A DNA stretch of 64,000 bases from contig CAWFFH010000004.1 in assembly GCA_963815095.1 (NCBI GenBank), positions 160,001 to 224,000 of the forward strand, given 5' to 3'. Below, one piece after another: positions 9,403 through 19,911 of this stretch. The notes below the pieces were generated by a model. That model was given only the letters and a program-made list of their open reading frames with translations, was not told where the DNA came from and made no database searches. Each line of letters starts with the position of its first letter. The stretch's first letter is position 1. Origin of the DNA: Candidatus Bathyarchaeota archaeon (GTDB lineage: Archaea; Thermoproteota; Bathyarchaeia; Bathyarchaeales; Bathycorpusculaceae). Both the position numbers and the translations under genes were made by a program.

Positions 9403-12210
9403 CTAGTGCCTAAGCTGTTTCTTGATTGCTTCTTCAGCGGCTTGTACTGCTTGTGCGAGTTTGTCGGGTTTTGTCCCGCCGCCCTGCGCAAAATTGGGTC
9501 TTCCGCCGCCCCCGCCGCCAAAAATCGGCGCTGCTTCTTTCACTATGGCGCCTGCGTTGACTCCTTTTTGCACTGCGGCTTCTCCAGCCATAACCATTAG
9601 CTTACATGTTTTACCGTCTGATGCATAGAACAGAGTTACTGTGGTTTCATTTTTCTTTATGATTTCTGCTCCAGTTCGCAGCATGCGGTCTGCATCGATT
9701 ACCTCGCCAAAATCTCTTTTAACTATGGTAATTCCGTCGACTTCGGATGCGGCTTCACAGGATTGTGCATGTCCAACTGCACTTTCCTTCTCGGCCAACT
9801 CCTTGATTAGCTTGCGTTTTTCAGCATTAGCTTCTTTGAGTTCTTTAACCACCTTCTCGGCAGTTTTATCCAATTTATCAATGGGTGACGTTAGGGCTTC
9901 GGAGACTTTCAAAAGCAAACTCTCCTGCTCCTGCACAGCCTTCAAAGCTTTGAGCCCAACCGCATAGCCCAGCCGTTCCACACCATCCTGAACGCGTTCT
10001 GTGTAAATGATTTTTACAAAACCAACTTCACTGGTGCATCCAAGGTGTGTTCCTGCACAAGCTTCAACATCCCAATCGCCCGTTTTAACGACGCGGATGT
10101 CTTTGCCTGGAACTGCACCGCCCTGATACAGCCTGAAGCCGTAGCGTGATTCTGCTTCGTTGCGTGGGAGCCATGTGGTTTCTACTTTCATGTTGCTGCC
10201 AATGGCTTGGTTGGCGAGGGTTTCGATTTGGTGAATTTCCTCTTGACTTAACCTGCGGTAATGTGAAATGTCAAGGCGAGAGGTTTCTAAGCCTTTTTGG
10301 GTACCAGACTGCCAAACGTGTTCGCCCAGAACTCGTCTTGCGGCTCCGTTTATGAGGTGAGTCACTGTATGGGCTTTCATTAGAGCGTAGCGTCTTTCCC
10401 AATCGACTGTGCCGTGTACGATGACATTTTCCTTGAAGATTGCCAAGGTCTTGAGTTTGTGTACGATGACTTTGCCGATTTTCTGTACGTCAACAATTTC
10501 AAACTTTGAATCGCCAAAGGTTAGCCAGCCTTGGTCGGTTGGTTGTCCTCCGCCTTCAGGATACAAGCATGTCTTATCAAGTACCACGTAATTGCCATTG
10601 ATGATTTTGAGAACTTTAGAGTCAAACTCTTTTTGGTAAACGTCAGCATAATAGAGTTGCTCTGTTGCGGGTAGTTGTTCGGCCACTTTCTGTAGTGTCT
10701 GCTCAGCCTGCGTCTCTTCTTCCTCCGCTGGCTTTGGTGCCTGCATGTGACGGTTAGCAATTAGTGCATAAAAATTTTCAGGGACCTCAACTTCAATTCC
10801 TTCTTTTTCGGCGGCTTGCTTGACGATTTCTGGAGGGAGTCCATGTGAATCATAGAGCTCCGTGAGAGTGTCCATTGGTAGTTTGCCGGTGCCTTTGGTT
10901 TTGAGGTCTGCTGCAATGCGTTTAACCATGCCTTCGCCCCGCTTGAGAGTCTCCACGAACTTTTCTTCTTCGACTTTGAGCATTTCAATGATTTCGTTTT
11001 GCATTTCTTTTATCCGTGGGAAATCTTTGCCCCAGTACTCTGCTTGCATGTCGATGATGTCGTAGAGTTTGGCTGGTTCAATGTTGAGTGTGCGCATTAA
11101 TCGGTAAACTCGTCTGAATAGAAGTCTGGCGAGGTAGCCTTCTTGGATGTTGGATGGAACAACGCCTTCAGAGAGCATAAAACTGAGAGTTTTGGTATGG
11201 TCGGTTACCGCCCAAACGTTCTCGATCGGGATCAAGACTCTGTCGAGGGTTGCCATGTCGATGCCTGTTAACTCAGAAACTCGTTTGCGAGCGACAAGCC
11301 TGTTTGCACGTTTGTCAACGCTAACTAAACCTGAATATTTGGCTACACGTGCCAAAAAATCGTTGTCAACGTTGGTTATTCCCGCCATGCCCATTACCTT
11401 GTCGAGCAAATTGCCGTAAATAGCTTGGAACAAGCTTGGAACACCTTGGCTAATCCATGTGAAGCGGTCAATACCATATCCTGTATCTACGGTACGAATT
11501 GGCAACTCGATGAAGTCATCGCCGACAACCTTGTATTGCATGAAAACCAATGTGCCAACTTCTAAGCCACGGCAAATACATTCTACATCTGGACCAGCGT
11601 TTCCTCCGCCAACCCAAATGCCCTCCTTGTAGATAACTTCCTCAGACTTAATACCGAGGCATTCTGTAGCGAATCGGTGGTGGAAACGTACGGTGTCGTC
11701 TTTCCAGTAAATTTCTTTGTCAGGGTAGTTGAATGCGTGGGCGCCGCCCATTTCAAAGATGGTGAGGTGCCTGCCGAAGGTCGGCCCAGTGTTGGATATG
11801 TCTGTTAATCTGATGCATGGTTGGGAAATTACCAGTGGATTTGCTGGTGGAGGAGCAATTCCCTCAGTAACGTAGGGTTGAAAATCGATGATGCTTGCAT
11901 GAGTTAGGTAAATATCTTTTCTCCATCGTGCTACGACTGGGTATGGCTTAATCCGTGTATGACCATTCTTTTCGAAGAACGAGAGGAATGACTCCCGCAT
12001 TTCGGAGAGGCTGAACTTTTTGGTTGTTGCGGGGTTGCCAAGGAAAGTGTAACATCCGCATTCGTCTGAGCCAGATTCGCCGCAGGTTTCTTGCTCGGCG
12101 TTTTGGGTCCAGAAGTATTCGTCGCATTTTGGACAAAGTTTTCGGACAAAACCTTCTTGTTTGAAGAATGGAAGTGTGTAATCTTCTGCTGTGAACTTTT
12201 TTCCAACCAT
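9403..12210 (-). CDS. alaS: Alanine--tRNA ligase, archaeal type
   Basis: YPVVARWR, ASIIDFQP, QPCIR, DTGYG, editing HTVTH and CAGTH, GGGGGRPNFAQGGG. Confidence 0.98.
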   Translation of the reverse strand: MVGKKFTAEDYTLPFFKQEGFVRKLCPKCDEYFWTQNAEQETCGESGSDECGCYTFLGNPATTKKFSLSEMRESFLSFFEKNGHTRIKPYPVVARWRKDIYLTHASIIDFQPYVTEGIAPPPANPLVISQPCIRLTDISNTGPTFGRHLTIFEMGGAHAFNYPDKEIYWKDDTVRFHHRFATECLGIKSEEVIYKEGIWVGGGNAGPDVECICRGLEVGTLVFMQYKVVGDDFIELPIRTVDTGYGIDRFTWISQGVPSLFQAIYGNLLDKVMGMAGITNVDNDFLARVAKYSGLVSVDKRANRLVARKRVSELTGIDMATLDRVLIPIENVWAVTDHTKTLSFMLSEGVVPSNIQEGYLARLLFRRVYRLMRTLNIEPAKLYDIIDMQAEYWGKDFPRIKEMQNEIIEMLKVEEEKFVETLKRGEGMVKRIAADLKTKGTGKLPMDTLTELYDSHGLPPEIVKQAAEKEGIEVEVPENFYALIANRHMQAPKPAEEEETQAEQTLQKVAEQLPATEQLYYADVYQKEFDSKVLKIINGNYVVLDKTCLYPEGGGQPTDQGWLTFGDSKFEIVDVQKIGKVIVHKLKTLAIFKENVIVHGTVDWERRYALMKAHTVTHLINGAARRVLGEHVWQSGTQKGLETSRLDISHYRRLSQEEIHQIETLANQAIGSNMKVETTWLPRNEAESRYGFRLYQGGAVPGKDIRVVKTGDWDVEACAGTHLGCTSEVGFVKIIYTERVQDGVERLGYAVGLKALKAVQEQESLLLKVSEALTSPIDKLDKTAEKVVKELKEANAEKRKLIKELAEKESAVGHAQSCEAASEVDGITIVKRDFGEVIDADRMLRTGAEIIKKNETTVTLFYASDGKTCKLMVMAGEAAVQKGVNAGAIVKEAAPIFGGGGGGRPNFAQGGGTKPDKLAQAVQAAEEAIKKQLRH

Positions 12211-12604
12211 CGAGCCCGCCTCTTTTTCACCGTAAATTTTGGTTTGTTGTTAGAGGGGTTTATGAGTTTCGCGGATTTAAATGATTTCAATAGAATCAAC
12301 GTTTATTTACCTCAAAAGGGATAGGGTTTTCCCGATAAGCTATGAAATGAGATTGTAAACCATTAAAAATTTTTTGGTTTCTATTTTTTGATTATTTGTA
12401 TTGGAAAAAGTAATAGAATAGCCGAGGGCTGAGAATTTTTCTAATCTATAAGAATCGATAAAACATTAGAAGGGTCTATACCTATGCAACCACACAACTG
12501 ACCAACAGACAATAGAGTCAGCATAGGTTTTTCCCAAAACTGTCTTTAAACTTTTTTGAAATAAAAAAAGGAATCGCAAGGCAACCAACGGTTGCCAATT
12601 ACTG

Positions 12605-12973
12605 TTAAGCTTGACACACAATGACATGTTTAGGTTTCATGACTAATGAGGATTTGTCGGTTGTGGCTAACTCGTAAACTGCCGAGTTTCGGATTGCTTT
12701 TTTGGGACAACTGTCGGAACATTGGTAGCAGAAGAGGCATTTGTCAAGTCTGAATTGGGGGCGTTTTTTTCCATAAAAATCAACCATTTCAATGGCTCCT
12801 CCCGGGCAATCCCTGCTACATAAACCACAACCGATACATTGTTTCATGTCAAGTTGCATTTGACCTCGAAAATTATCTTGCACTTGAAGCTTGGTGAAAG
12901 GGTAACCAGCCGTTGCTGGCTTGCTAAAAACGAAAGATGCTACTTTTCTAAATATTGGAGATATTTTCGCCAT
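12605..12973 (-). CDS. 2[4Fe-4S] dicluster protein, NuoI/EchF/MbhN-like
   Basis: PAT..YPF..FRG and two CxxCxxCxxxCP motifs. Confidence 0.85.
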   Translation of the reverse strand: MAKISPIFRKVASFVFSKPATAGYPFTKLQVQDNFRGQMQLDMKQCIGCGLCSRDCPGGAIEMVDFYGKKRPQFRLDKCLFCYQCSDSCPKKAIRNSAVYELATTDKSSLVMKPKHVIVCQA

Positions 12974-13277
12974 TTTTTTACGCACTCCTTGCTTTTTGGC
13001 AAAAGCAATTGGAGTTTAACGAAGTTTAGCGCTGACGCTATTTTTAGTATACTTTGCTTAGAAGAGCCTGTGAGTCAATTGAATCCTTCCCATTGTTGGA
13101 AGGGTATTGCCCGTTTATCTCAAAGGTGAGATTTTAGGTTTGGGTTGATTTTGGTTTGCTTTTGCCTTGACATAACAATGTTATACGTACTTATTATTGC
13201 TTATGCTTTTCCACAAATTTAGAGACCATTTAAGCCTTATTTTAGAGATTTATGGCTAAATTTGGAGTAAAACATCG

Positions 13278-14621
13278 CTAAAGCGAATGCCACATGCCCC
13301 TTGCTGCAAAATTTGAGTCACAGGGTCTTTCTAGTCCATAGCGCCGAAGAGGTTTAGTTAAATGCCTTTGCGATCTACTCGAAGTAACATATAATCCTGT
13401 ATTAAGCGCCCGAGGAATGCATATTTTCTTCTTTTCCAAATCAGCGTATTTGCTGCCGCATTTTTCGCATCTGAAACCTTGGTTTTTGCCCATTGATTTC
13501 AAACGTTTCCCGCAGTTTGGACAGAGTGGATTTTCATAGGTTACTTTGGGCACAAGATTTAGGATATTAATTTTTTCTAAATTAATTGTTAACGGCTTGC
13601 ATGTGGTTGCTTTGTGAACTGCGCCATTAACTTCGACATGGTCGCCCACCGCAAGCTCTCTTGCAACCTTTCGTAGGTCCCCCGTGGGTTCGTAAGCTGC
13701 ACAATCCACTTCGGCAGAATCGTCCTTTATTGAGAAGATGACATGTCGGAGTGGAACTATCCGCGGATTCTTGGAAACAATGCCTTTGACGGTCACTGAG
13801 CTGTAAGGTTCAAGTTTGCTTAATAATTGAGCGGTTTTCAGGTGGGCATCCGTGCCTTGGTTGCTACGGAAAATAACCCAACGTTCCACAGGCTCTAACA
13901 ACTTAACTAGCCCGTACGCTTCTTTAACTATTTCAGCTGTTTCGCCTCTGATTCCAAAAAGAATTGGGTCAGGACCCCTCGGCGTAATAATAACCCTTCC
14001 CTTTTCTGAGTCAACGTTATTGAAGGTGTAAGGCTGCGTTAACTTGTCCATCTCAAAAATCGATTCTTCATCAACTCGTCTTTTAGTGCCCAAGTTTTCT
14101 GATTTGCGATAAGCAATCAATTCATAAGTGTAGTCGCAGTCAAGGGTTTCGCCAATTGCTGCTAGAGCGCCGATGATGCCGCGACAGGAGTTAAAGCCAA
14201 CTGCTTCCGCTCCCCACTTTTTGATAAGTGCCATAGCTTCTTTCAGAGTTACTATTGTCGTTTCAGTTTTTTTCGCGAAAGATTTCAATTCCGCGGGGAT
14301 TTCCTTATTTTTGTAGATTACGATTCCGGGATCGGTACCTTTCTCTTTGATAGATGAATACGTTTCCCACAATTCCATTGCAGTATCCGTTATTTGGTTT
14401 TCAAACTCGATGTCGTATCTGAAACGTATGCATAAGGCGCCGTTGCCTCTCGTTTTCCAGGGCACATTAGGATTAAGCCTGATTAAAGCTGGATAATCAA
14501 TAAATTGAACATTAAATTTTTCGAGTTTTTCTATAAGAACTGCAGCAAGATAAGTGGTGCAGCCTCCCTTTGTTGAGTCTGTATCATCCAACCCGATATG
14601 CATGGTCTGCTGCTTTTTCAA
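13278..14621 (-). CDS. tiaS: tRNA(Ile2) agmatinylcytidine synthetase TiaS
   Basis: IGLDDTDS..GGCTT, RLNPNVPWKTRGNG, GPDPILFGIRG, NQGTD, C-terminal Zn ribbon. Confidence 0.96.
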   Translation of the reverse strand: MKKQQTMHIGLDDTDSTKGGCTTYLAAVLIEKLEKFNVQFIDYPALIRLNPNVPWKTRGNGALCIRFRYDIEFENQITDTAMELWETYSSIKEKGTDPGIVIYKNKEIPAELKSFAKKTETTIVTLKEAMALIKKWGAEAVGFNSCRGIIGALAAIGETLDCDYTYELIAYRKSENLGTKRRVDEESIFEMDKLTQPYTFNNVDSEKGRVIITPRGPDPILFGIRGETAEIVKEAYGLVKLLEPVERWVIFRSNQGTDAHLKTAQLLSKLEPYSSVTVKGIVSKNPRIVPLRHVIFSIKDDSAEVDCAAYEPTGDLRKVARELAVGDHVEVNGAVHKATTCKPLTINLEKINILNLVPKVTYENPLCPNCGKRLKSMGKNQGFRCEKCGSKYADLEKKKICIPRALNTGLYVTSSRSQRHLTKPLRRYGLERPCDSNFAARGMWHSL

Positions 14622-14710
14622 TGCGGCTGCTCTCCAAGATAAAATAAGAAAGAGCTTAGAAGGTAAAAAATATTGTTAGCTTAAAATGTGCTTAGGTACG
14701 AATTACTGTA

Positions 14711-14986
14711 TTAGTGGGCTTTCAAAAAAACTTGCTGTTGGATTGTGTTTCGAGGTTTCTCGGAGATTATCATGGTTAATTTGGAGTTTATTTTGCGGAT
14801 TTTTTCAATTCGGTTAGTTATTATGTTCTTAAGTTCTTCCATGGTTTCGGCTTTGATATTTGCGATTAGGTCATAGATGCCCCAGAGATTGTGGACTTCT
14901 TCAACACCTTCAACCTTTCTTAGGGCCTGTAAGACTTTTTTTTCGGATCCAATTTCAGTATTTAATAGAATGTAAGCGGAGGGCAA
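14711..14986 (-). CDS. Stand-alone Lrp/AsnC ligand-binding (RAM) domain protein
   Basis: AYILLNTE.G.E...G.YDLIA; no HTH. Confidence 0.85.
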   Translation of the reverse strand: MPSAYILLNTEIGSEKKVLQALRKVEGVEEVHNLWGIYDLIANIKAETMEELKNIITNRIEKIRKINSKLTMIISEKPRNTIQQQVFLKAH

Positions 14987-15021
14987 TTTTTATTTCTCCT
15001 TTTTGGGTAGGGTGGTTGGCT

Positions 15022-15192
15022 TTAGAGGTTCGGAGGCTCTTTATTGTTTGAGGGAACACAAAAAAGATTCGATGCAGTTCCAAGCTTCTTCGTCCAAACG
15101 ATTAAAAAATTCATGCATCTGCCAGTAGTGCGAGCTGCTACTTCAATTTGGCTTTTCCCAGTTCTTCCCTGAGTGAGCGAATTTGTTTTCAC
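15022..15192 (-). CDS. Possible 56-aa small ORF (MKTNSLTQG...KEPPNL)
   Basis: GTG start behind AGGTAG, read by hand; below ORF-track cutoff. Confidence 0.3.
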   Translation of the reverse strand: MKTNSLTQGRTGKSQIEVAARTTGRCMNFLIVWTKKLGTASNLFCVPSNNKEPPNL

Positions 15193-15327
15193 TTTTTACT
15201 ACCTGATGCACAAGAATGATACTTAGGTCAAAAATCATTTAAAATTATGTGATTGTATCTTGCTAGTCACAACTGTAACATTGAATTTGGAAAAACTGTT
15301 GTCCCTAAAAGAAGGGGATTTGATTTT

Positions 15328-15564
15328 TTACTTGTCTTCTACTACAATCATTGTTAGGGTCGAACGGACTTTATCTAGTCGTCGAATTCGCCATGTTACA
15401 ATTTCTTTTAGTTTATCCATAGTATCAGCTTTGACTCTGGCTACTATGTCGTAGACCCCGTAAACAGCTGAGGCTTCTTCTACGCCCTCAACTTTTTTTA
15501 GCTCCTTTAAAACATCCGATTCAGAGCCTATTTCAGTATTTATTAATACGAACGCTGTAGGCAT
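15328..15564 (-). CDS. Stand-alone Lrp/AsnC ligand-binding domain protein
   Basis: MPTAFVLINTEIG..VYGVYDIVA..VRSTLT; start moved to ATG 15564. Confidence 0.88.
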   Translation of the reverse strand: MPTAFVLINTEIGSESDVLKELKKVEGVEEASAVYGVYDIVARVKADTMDKLKEIVTWRIRRLDKVRSTLTMIVVEDK

Positions 15565-15599
15565 AATAATCCCTAACAATAACTTAGGCACAGTTTGAA

Positions 15600-16643
15600 T
15601 TAAAATGTTTCCTTGTTGGCGTGCCCGAGAATTTTTATTCCAGCCCACTGCAGCGCTGAATAGGATACGATAAGTCTAAACCACAGATTTACAACTCTTG
15701 CCAACAAAGTTACCGATAGCGCAAGTGACACGGGTATCAAAAGAGCATTAAACGAAACGGTCATAATCAATTCGGGAAACCCAAAAAACGTCACACCAAC
15801 AGTCTGCAGCGTTCCCGTTAACGTAAACACAATCAGCACTTTATCAATTGGAACAGAGTAACCCAACGCCAAGAAACAGATAGAAACAACCGAAACTTCA
15901 CAAATAAAACTGGAAACTGCAAAAAGAGCAGGTTTAACTAAAGCTTTCGGATGCTCGGTCAATTGCTTGATTCCTGTATGGAATTTACCGAGTTCCTCTT
16001 CACCTTTTAACAGGAAGTTTTGAGGGTTCCACCGTCTTCGAAAGAACATTATGATTTTTATTGCCCATTTAAGTAAAGTCTTCGTAGTTGCTGGTTTAAT
16101 ACTGACATAGTAAACGATGGCTAAAGCCAAAATAGAGAGGGCTAGAACAAATCCAATTAGTATCGTTACTGTAAATGGAAGCGAATAATTTGCAAGTACT
16201 AAACCCAGGCCAGTGCTCAATGCAACAATGGTTATTGTCATTGTGAAAATTTTTTGTCCAACAACGGAAGCACCTACTTTTCCCGCGTCGACTTTTGAAT
16301 CTTTAGTTAACAAATATGTTTTTGATATTTCCCCTGACCAGCCAAGTTGAGGAACAGTTGCTTCAAAAAATAGTCCAACCCATGTTAATAGCAAAGTTTT
16401 GCGTTTGCTTACTTTTAAGAATAAAGAGTTGAGTAATCCTTGCCAGACTAATGAAGAGAAAAGCGCAAACAGGGAGTACGTTACAAACGCCGCCGCATAT
16501 ATGGCAAGGTTGGTTTTTGAAAGAATACCGATGACTTGTGCTGGATTTATGTAAAGGTAAACGTAGAGTGCGAAGGTAACGAAACCCACAAGTAAAACTG
16601 CCCAAATGGGGTTGATGCGGAAGGGTTTTTTGGCTGGGTTCAT
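15600..16643 (-). CDS. Flippase-like membrane protein (UPF0104/AglD2, LPG-synthase TM family)
   Basis: About 8 TM helices, P..G.SGE..K.YLL motif, C-terminal R...W. Confidence 0.8.
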   Translation of the reverse strand: MNPAKKPFRINPIWAVLLVGFVTFALYVYLYINPAQVIGILSKTNLAIYAAAFVTYSLFALFSSLVWQGLLNSLFLKVSKRKTLLLTWVGLFFEATVPQLGWSGEISKTYLLTKDSKVDAGKVGASVVGQKIFTMTITIVALSTGLGLVLANYSLPFTVTILIGFVLALSILALAIVYYVSIKPATTKTLLKWAIKIIMFFRRRWNPQNFLLKGEEELGKFHTGIKQLTEHPKALVKPALFAVSSFICEVSVVSICFLALGYSVPIDKVLIVFTLTGTLQTVGVTFFGFPELIMTVSFNALLIPVSLALSVTLLARVVNLWFRLIVSYSALQWAGIKILGHANKETF

Positions 16644-17367
16644 TTAGGATTCAAGTCTTCTGTAATTGTCGATGGCTTAACTTTTAAGGATTTTATCAAA
16701 CTGTTTAGTGCGCTACCTTTGTATTGGGGTGTTTTTCTTTTTCTGTACCTAAAAGCAACCAGAACTATTGTCACTATTACAACCACCGCTAAAACGGCAA
16801 CTAAAATCAAGCTTGCAACATTTAAGCCCTCTGAAGACTGCCACATGTTAGTATCTACAACAATAGTGTGCATCGTATAACTAGACTGTTGCGAATTTCC
16901 TTCGACGGGTACTCCAGTGGTTTGATCCCAAACGTAAGTATTCTGTCCTGTGGAGCCAATCAAAACCGTTCGTAAAGCTCCTGAATACGTGTGCAGTTCA
17001 GAACTGCTGATAGTTAAGTTTCCCAGATTTTGGTCGAGGAATATGTCGCCAGCATTAAGGTTGGCTGGAATGATATAGTCATCGATTAATTTTCCTGACC
17101 TTAAGTTTAAAGTAGAATTAAAGAGTTCGGTGGAGCCGTTTGGGTATCTTGAGTTTATGCTTACGGTGATGTTCGTGCCTTGTAAGTCTGTGACTTCCAT
17201 ATGTGTCTAGTTAATACCATGCCCCTAATTTGGCGAGCCTGTGTAAGTGACTGCATATTCTATCCAATCGCCCTTTTTAACGCCCACAGACAAATCCCCA
17301 ATGCGGCAGAGGCTAAACTTAAAACAAGAACGAATGCTATAGCTGCAATGACAAGCTTTCCGCGCAT
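16640..17367 (-). pseudogene. Disrupted secreted, C-terminally anchored protein
   Basis: Signal peptide from ATG 17367, frameshift near 17297, then VGVKKGDWIEY in frame with ORF 16640-17200 through two TAG codons (17225-27, 17207-09). Confidence 0.65.
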
Positions 17368-17457
17368 AATATTTGTTTTAAACGTTTATTGATATAAAAC
17401 TCACGGTTAACTCAGTCAAAAAGAAAAAATAACTTAGTAGCTTATTGGTAGAAGAGA

Positions 17458-17691
17458 TTACTCTTCCATCATTATCAACGTTAAAGTTGAGCGGACCCTG
17501 CTGAGTGCTCTTATCTTGCGTGTTACCATGTCTTTGAGTTTTTCCATTGATTCTGCTTTAACTTTAGCAATGATGTCGTAAACACCATATGAAAAGTAGG
17601 CTTCCTCTACGCCTTCAATCTTTTTGAGTTCCTTAACTAACTCTTCTTCTGCTCCTGATTCAACGTTTATCAATACAAAGGCTTGCGGCAT
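17458..17691 (-). CDS. Stand-alone Lrp/AsnC ligand-binding domain protein
   Basis: MPQAFVLINVESG..YGVYDIIA..VRSTLT. Confidence 0.88.
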   Translation of the reverse strand: MPQAFVLINVESGAEEELVKELKKIEGVEEAYFSYGVYDIIAKVKAESMEKLKDMVTRKIRALSRVRSTLTLIMMEE

Positions 17692-18127
17692 TGTGAGTCT
17701 CCAAGTAGTAATAAGAGCCTCTTAGTAATTAATATTTTATGCAGTAAAGTGCATACTTTCTAATCTACCAAAAATTTCATGAACATAATGCTCTATAAAA
17801 GATATTTGAGGAAACTTGACACTTTGGTTATTGCGCAAAATGTAGTCCCTCGAACCTCATAACACCCTGAATTGGATTCTGATTGGGATATTTGGATTTT
17901 TTGGTTTACAGCGTTCTGGAACTATCTGGCCATTGTGTTAAACCTCATCGACGTATGGATTCTGTTATTAGGATTAAGACACAACCACAAATACAAATAA
18001 ACGCATCACCCTAACCTATTCACCTATCCAGAAATCAACATGACTGATTGCACGTTTTTACAGATGGGCACACAAAAGAGTTATATTAATTCGCCATGAA
18101 AAGAGTAAGTTATTGCGGGGGAAAAGC

Positions 18128-19756
18128 ATGGTTAAGTACATCTTCGTAACAGGCGGCGTATTGAGTTCAGTAGGTAAAGGAATATTAACTTCTTCTATCG
18201 GCAAAATGCTTCAAGCAAGAGGACTAAAACCTACCGTAGTAAAAATCGACCCATACGTAAACATCGACGCGGGAACAATGAACCCATACATGCACGGCGA
18301 AGTTTTCGTCACCGATGACGGTGGCGAAACCGACTTGGACCTCGGCTGGTACGAACGCTTCTTGGATTTAAGCCTAAAACAAGAAAACAACTTAACCACT
18401 GGAACAATCTACCGCTCCGTAATCGAAAAAGAACGCCACGGCGACTTCCTCGGTCGTTGTGTCCAAATAGTTCCTCATGTAACTAATGAAATAAAAAACC
18501 GCATCCGAAACGCTGGAAAGATGGTAAATGCTGAAATTGTTTTAACAGAGGTCGGTGGCACTGTAGGTGACATCGAAGGTTTGCCGTTTCTAGAAGCCAT
18601 CCGTCAGATGCGGGTGGAAGAGGGGTATGAAAATACGCTTTATGTTCACGTGGCTTTGGTGCCAATTTTGGATGTAACAGGCGAAATGAAGACCAAACCC
18701 CTACAGCACAGCGTAAACGAACTAAGACGCATTGGTATTCAACCCGACACCATCGTCGCGCGAAGTCCACAAATGATTGATGCTGAAGCATTAAGGAAAA
18801 TCGCGTTATTTGGCACTATTCCTGAGAGCGCAGTTTTCTGCTCCTATAACGCTGAAACAGTCTATCAGGTCCCACTTATTTTGGACAAGCAAGGCATGGG
18901 AGACTTTATCTGTCAACGTTTAGGCCTAAAATGTGACGGCAAGGACTTCAGTTCTTGGCAAATCTTCGTTGACGGTATGGTTAATCCAGAACATGAAGTA
19001 AAAATTGCGTTGGTTGGCAAGTATGCTGGATTATCAGATAGTTACGTTAGCATGACTGAAGCGCTCCGTCATGGTGGGGCAGCATGCAAAACCAAAGTCT
19101 GCATCTCGTATTTGGAAGCAGAGAAATTCGAGCGTGAACCTGAGTGCATCAAAGAGTTAGCAAACTTTGACGGTGTTTTTGTTCCATACGGATTTGGGCC
19201 CCGAGGTACAGAAGGCAAAATAGCTGCAGCCAGATTTGCACGCGAAAATGACATTCCGTTCTTGGGAATTTGTTATGGTTTCCAGTTAGCAGTTATTGAG
19301 TTTGCCCGCAATGTTTGTGGTTTAACGGATGCTAACAGCACCGAAATCAATCCTGACACACCTTACCCTGTCATTGACCTTATGCCTGAACAACGCGGAA
19401 TCGAAATCAAAGGTGCAACCATGAGATTGGGCGCCCATAAAGTGGTTCTGCAAAAGGGCACGTTAGCTTTTAGCATGTTTGGGCAAGAAGAAATCCATGA
19501 ACGCCACCGCCACCGATTCGAAGTAAACCTTGACTACATTGATGCATTAAAGAACAATGGGTTATGCTTTACTGGCAAGAGCAGCGATGGCAGAAGAATG
19601 GAAGCCTTAGAGTTGTCTGACAAATACTTCTATTTTGCCAGCCAGTTCCACGGCGAATTCAAGAGTCGACCAGGACGACCCTCGCCTGAGTATGCGGGTT
19701 TTATTCAAGCTTGTATAAACCGCAAGTTGGGTAAGCCCAAAGCGCCCATTTCTTAG
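18128..19756 (+). CDS. pyrG: CTP synthase
   Basis: KYIFVTGGV.SS.GKG, KIDPY.N.DAGTM, GICYG, ERHRHRFE, QFHGEF. Confidence 0.98.
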   Translation: MVKYIFVTGGVLSSVGKGILTSSIGKMLQARGLKPTVVKIDPYVNIDAGTMNPYMHGEVFVTDDGGETDLDLGWYERFLDLSLKQENNLTTGTIYRSVIEKERHGDFLGRCVQIVPHVTNEIKNRIRNAGKMVNAEIVLTEVGGTVGDIEGLPFLEAIRQMRVEEGYENTLYVHVALVPILDVTGEMKTKPLQHSVNELRRIGIQPDTIVARSPQMIDAEALRKIALFGTIPESAVFCSYNAETVYQVPLILDKQGMGDFICQRLGLKCDGKDFSSWQIFVDGMVNPEHEVKIALVGKYAGLSDSYVSMTEALRHGGAACKTKVCISYLEAEKFEREPECIKELANFDGVFVPYGFGPRGTEGKIAAARFARENDIPFLGICYGFQLAVIEFARNVCGLTDANSTEINPDTPYPVIDLMPEQRGIEIKGATMRLGAHKVVLQKGTLAFSMFGQEEIHERHRHRFEVNLDYIDALKNNGLCFTGKSSDGRRMEALELSDKYFYFASQFHGEFKSRPGRPSPEYAGFIQACINRKLGKPKAPIS

Positions 19757-19871
19757 CCTCTTTTTAGGTAAACGGCGTTTATTCAGTGCATTGAAATATA
19801 GTTTGTTATGCTGTCTACCTGGTTCTGGCCTAATCACTCAGAATCAGCGCTGCACCCTAAAGCTGAATAAT

Positions 19872-19911
19872 AGAAGTAGTCGTCGCTAAGGGCTATAGGA
19901 CGACTACTTCT
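19872..19911. repeat. 13-bp perfect inverted repeat with 14-nt spacer, followed by T-rich tract
   Basis: AGAAGTAGTCGTC..GACGACTACTTCT. Confidence 0.7.

Noticed and set aside
6127-12324. Antisense and alternate-frame ORFs over dnaK, grpE and alaS (and similar ones elsewhere)
   Set aside because: Shadows of well-supported genes with no motifs
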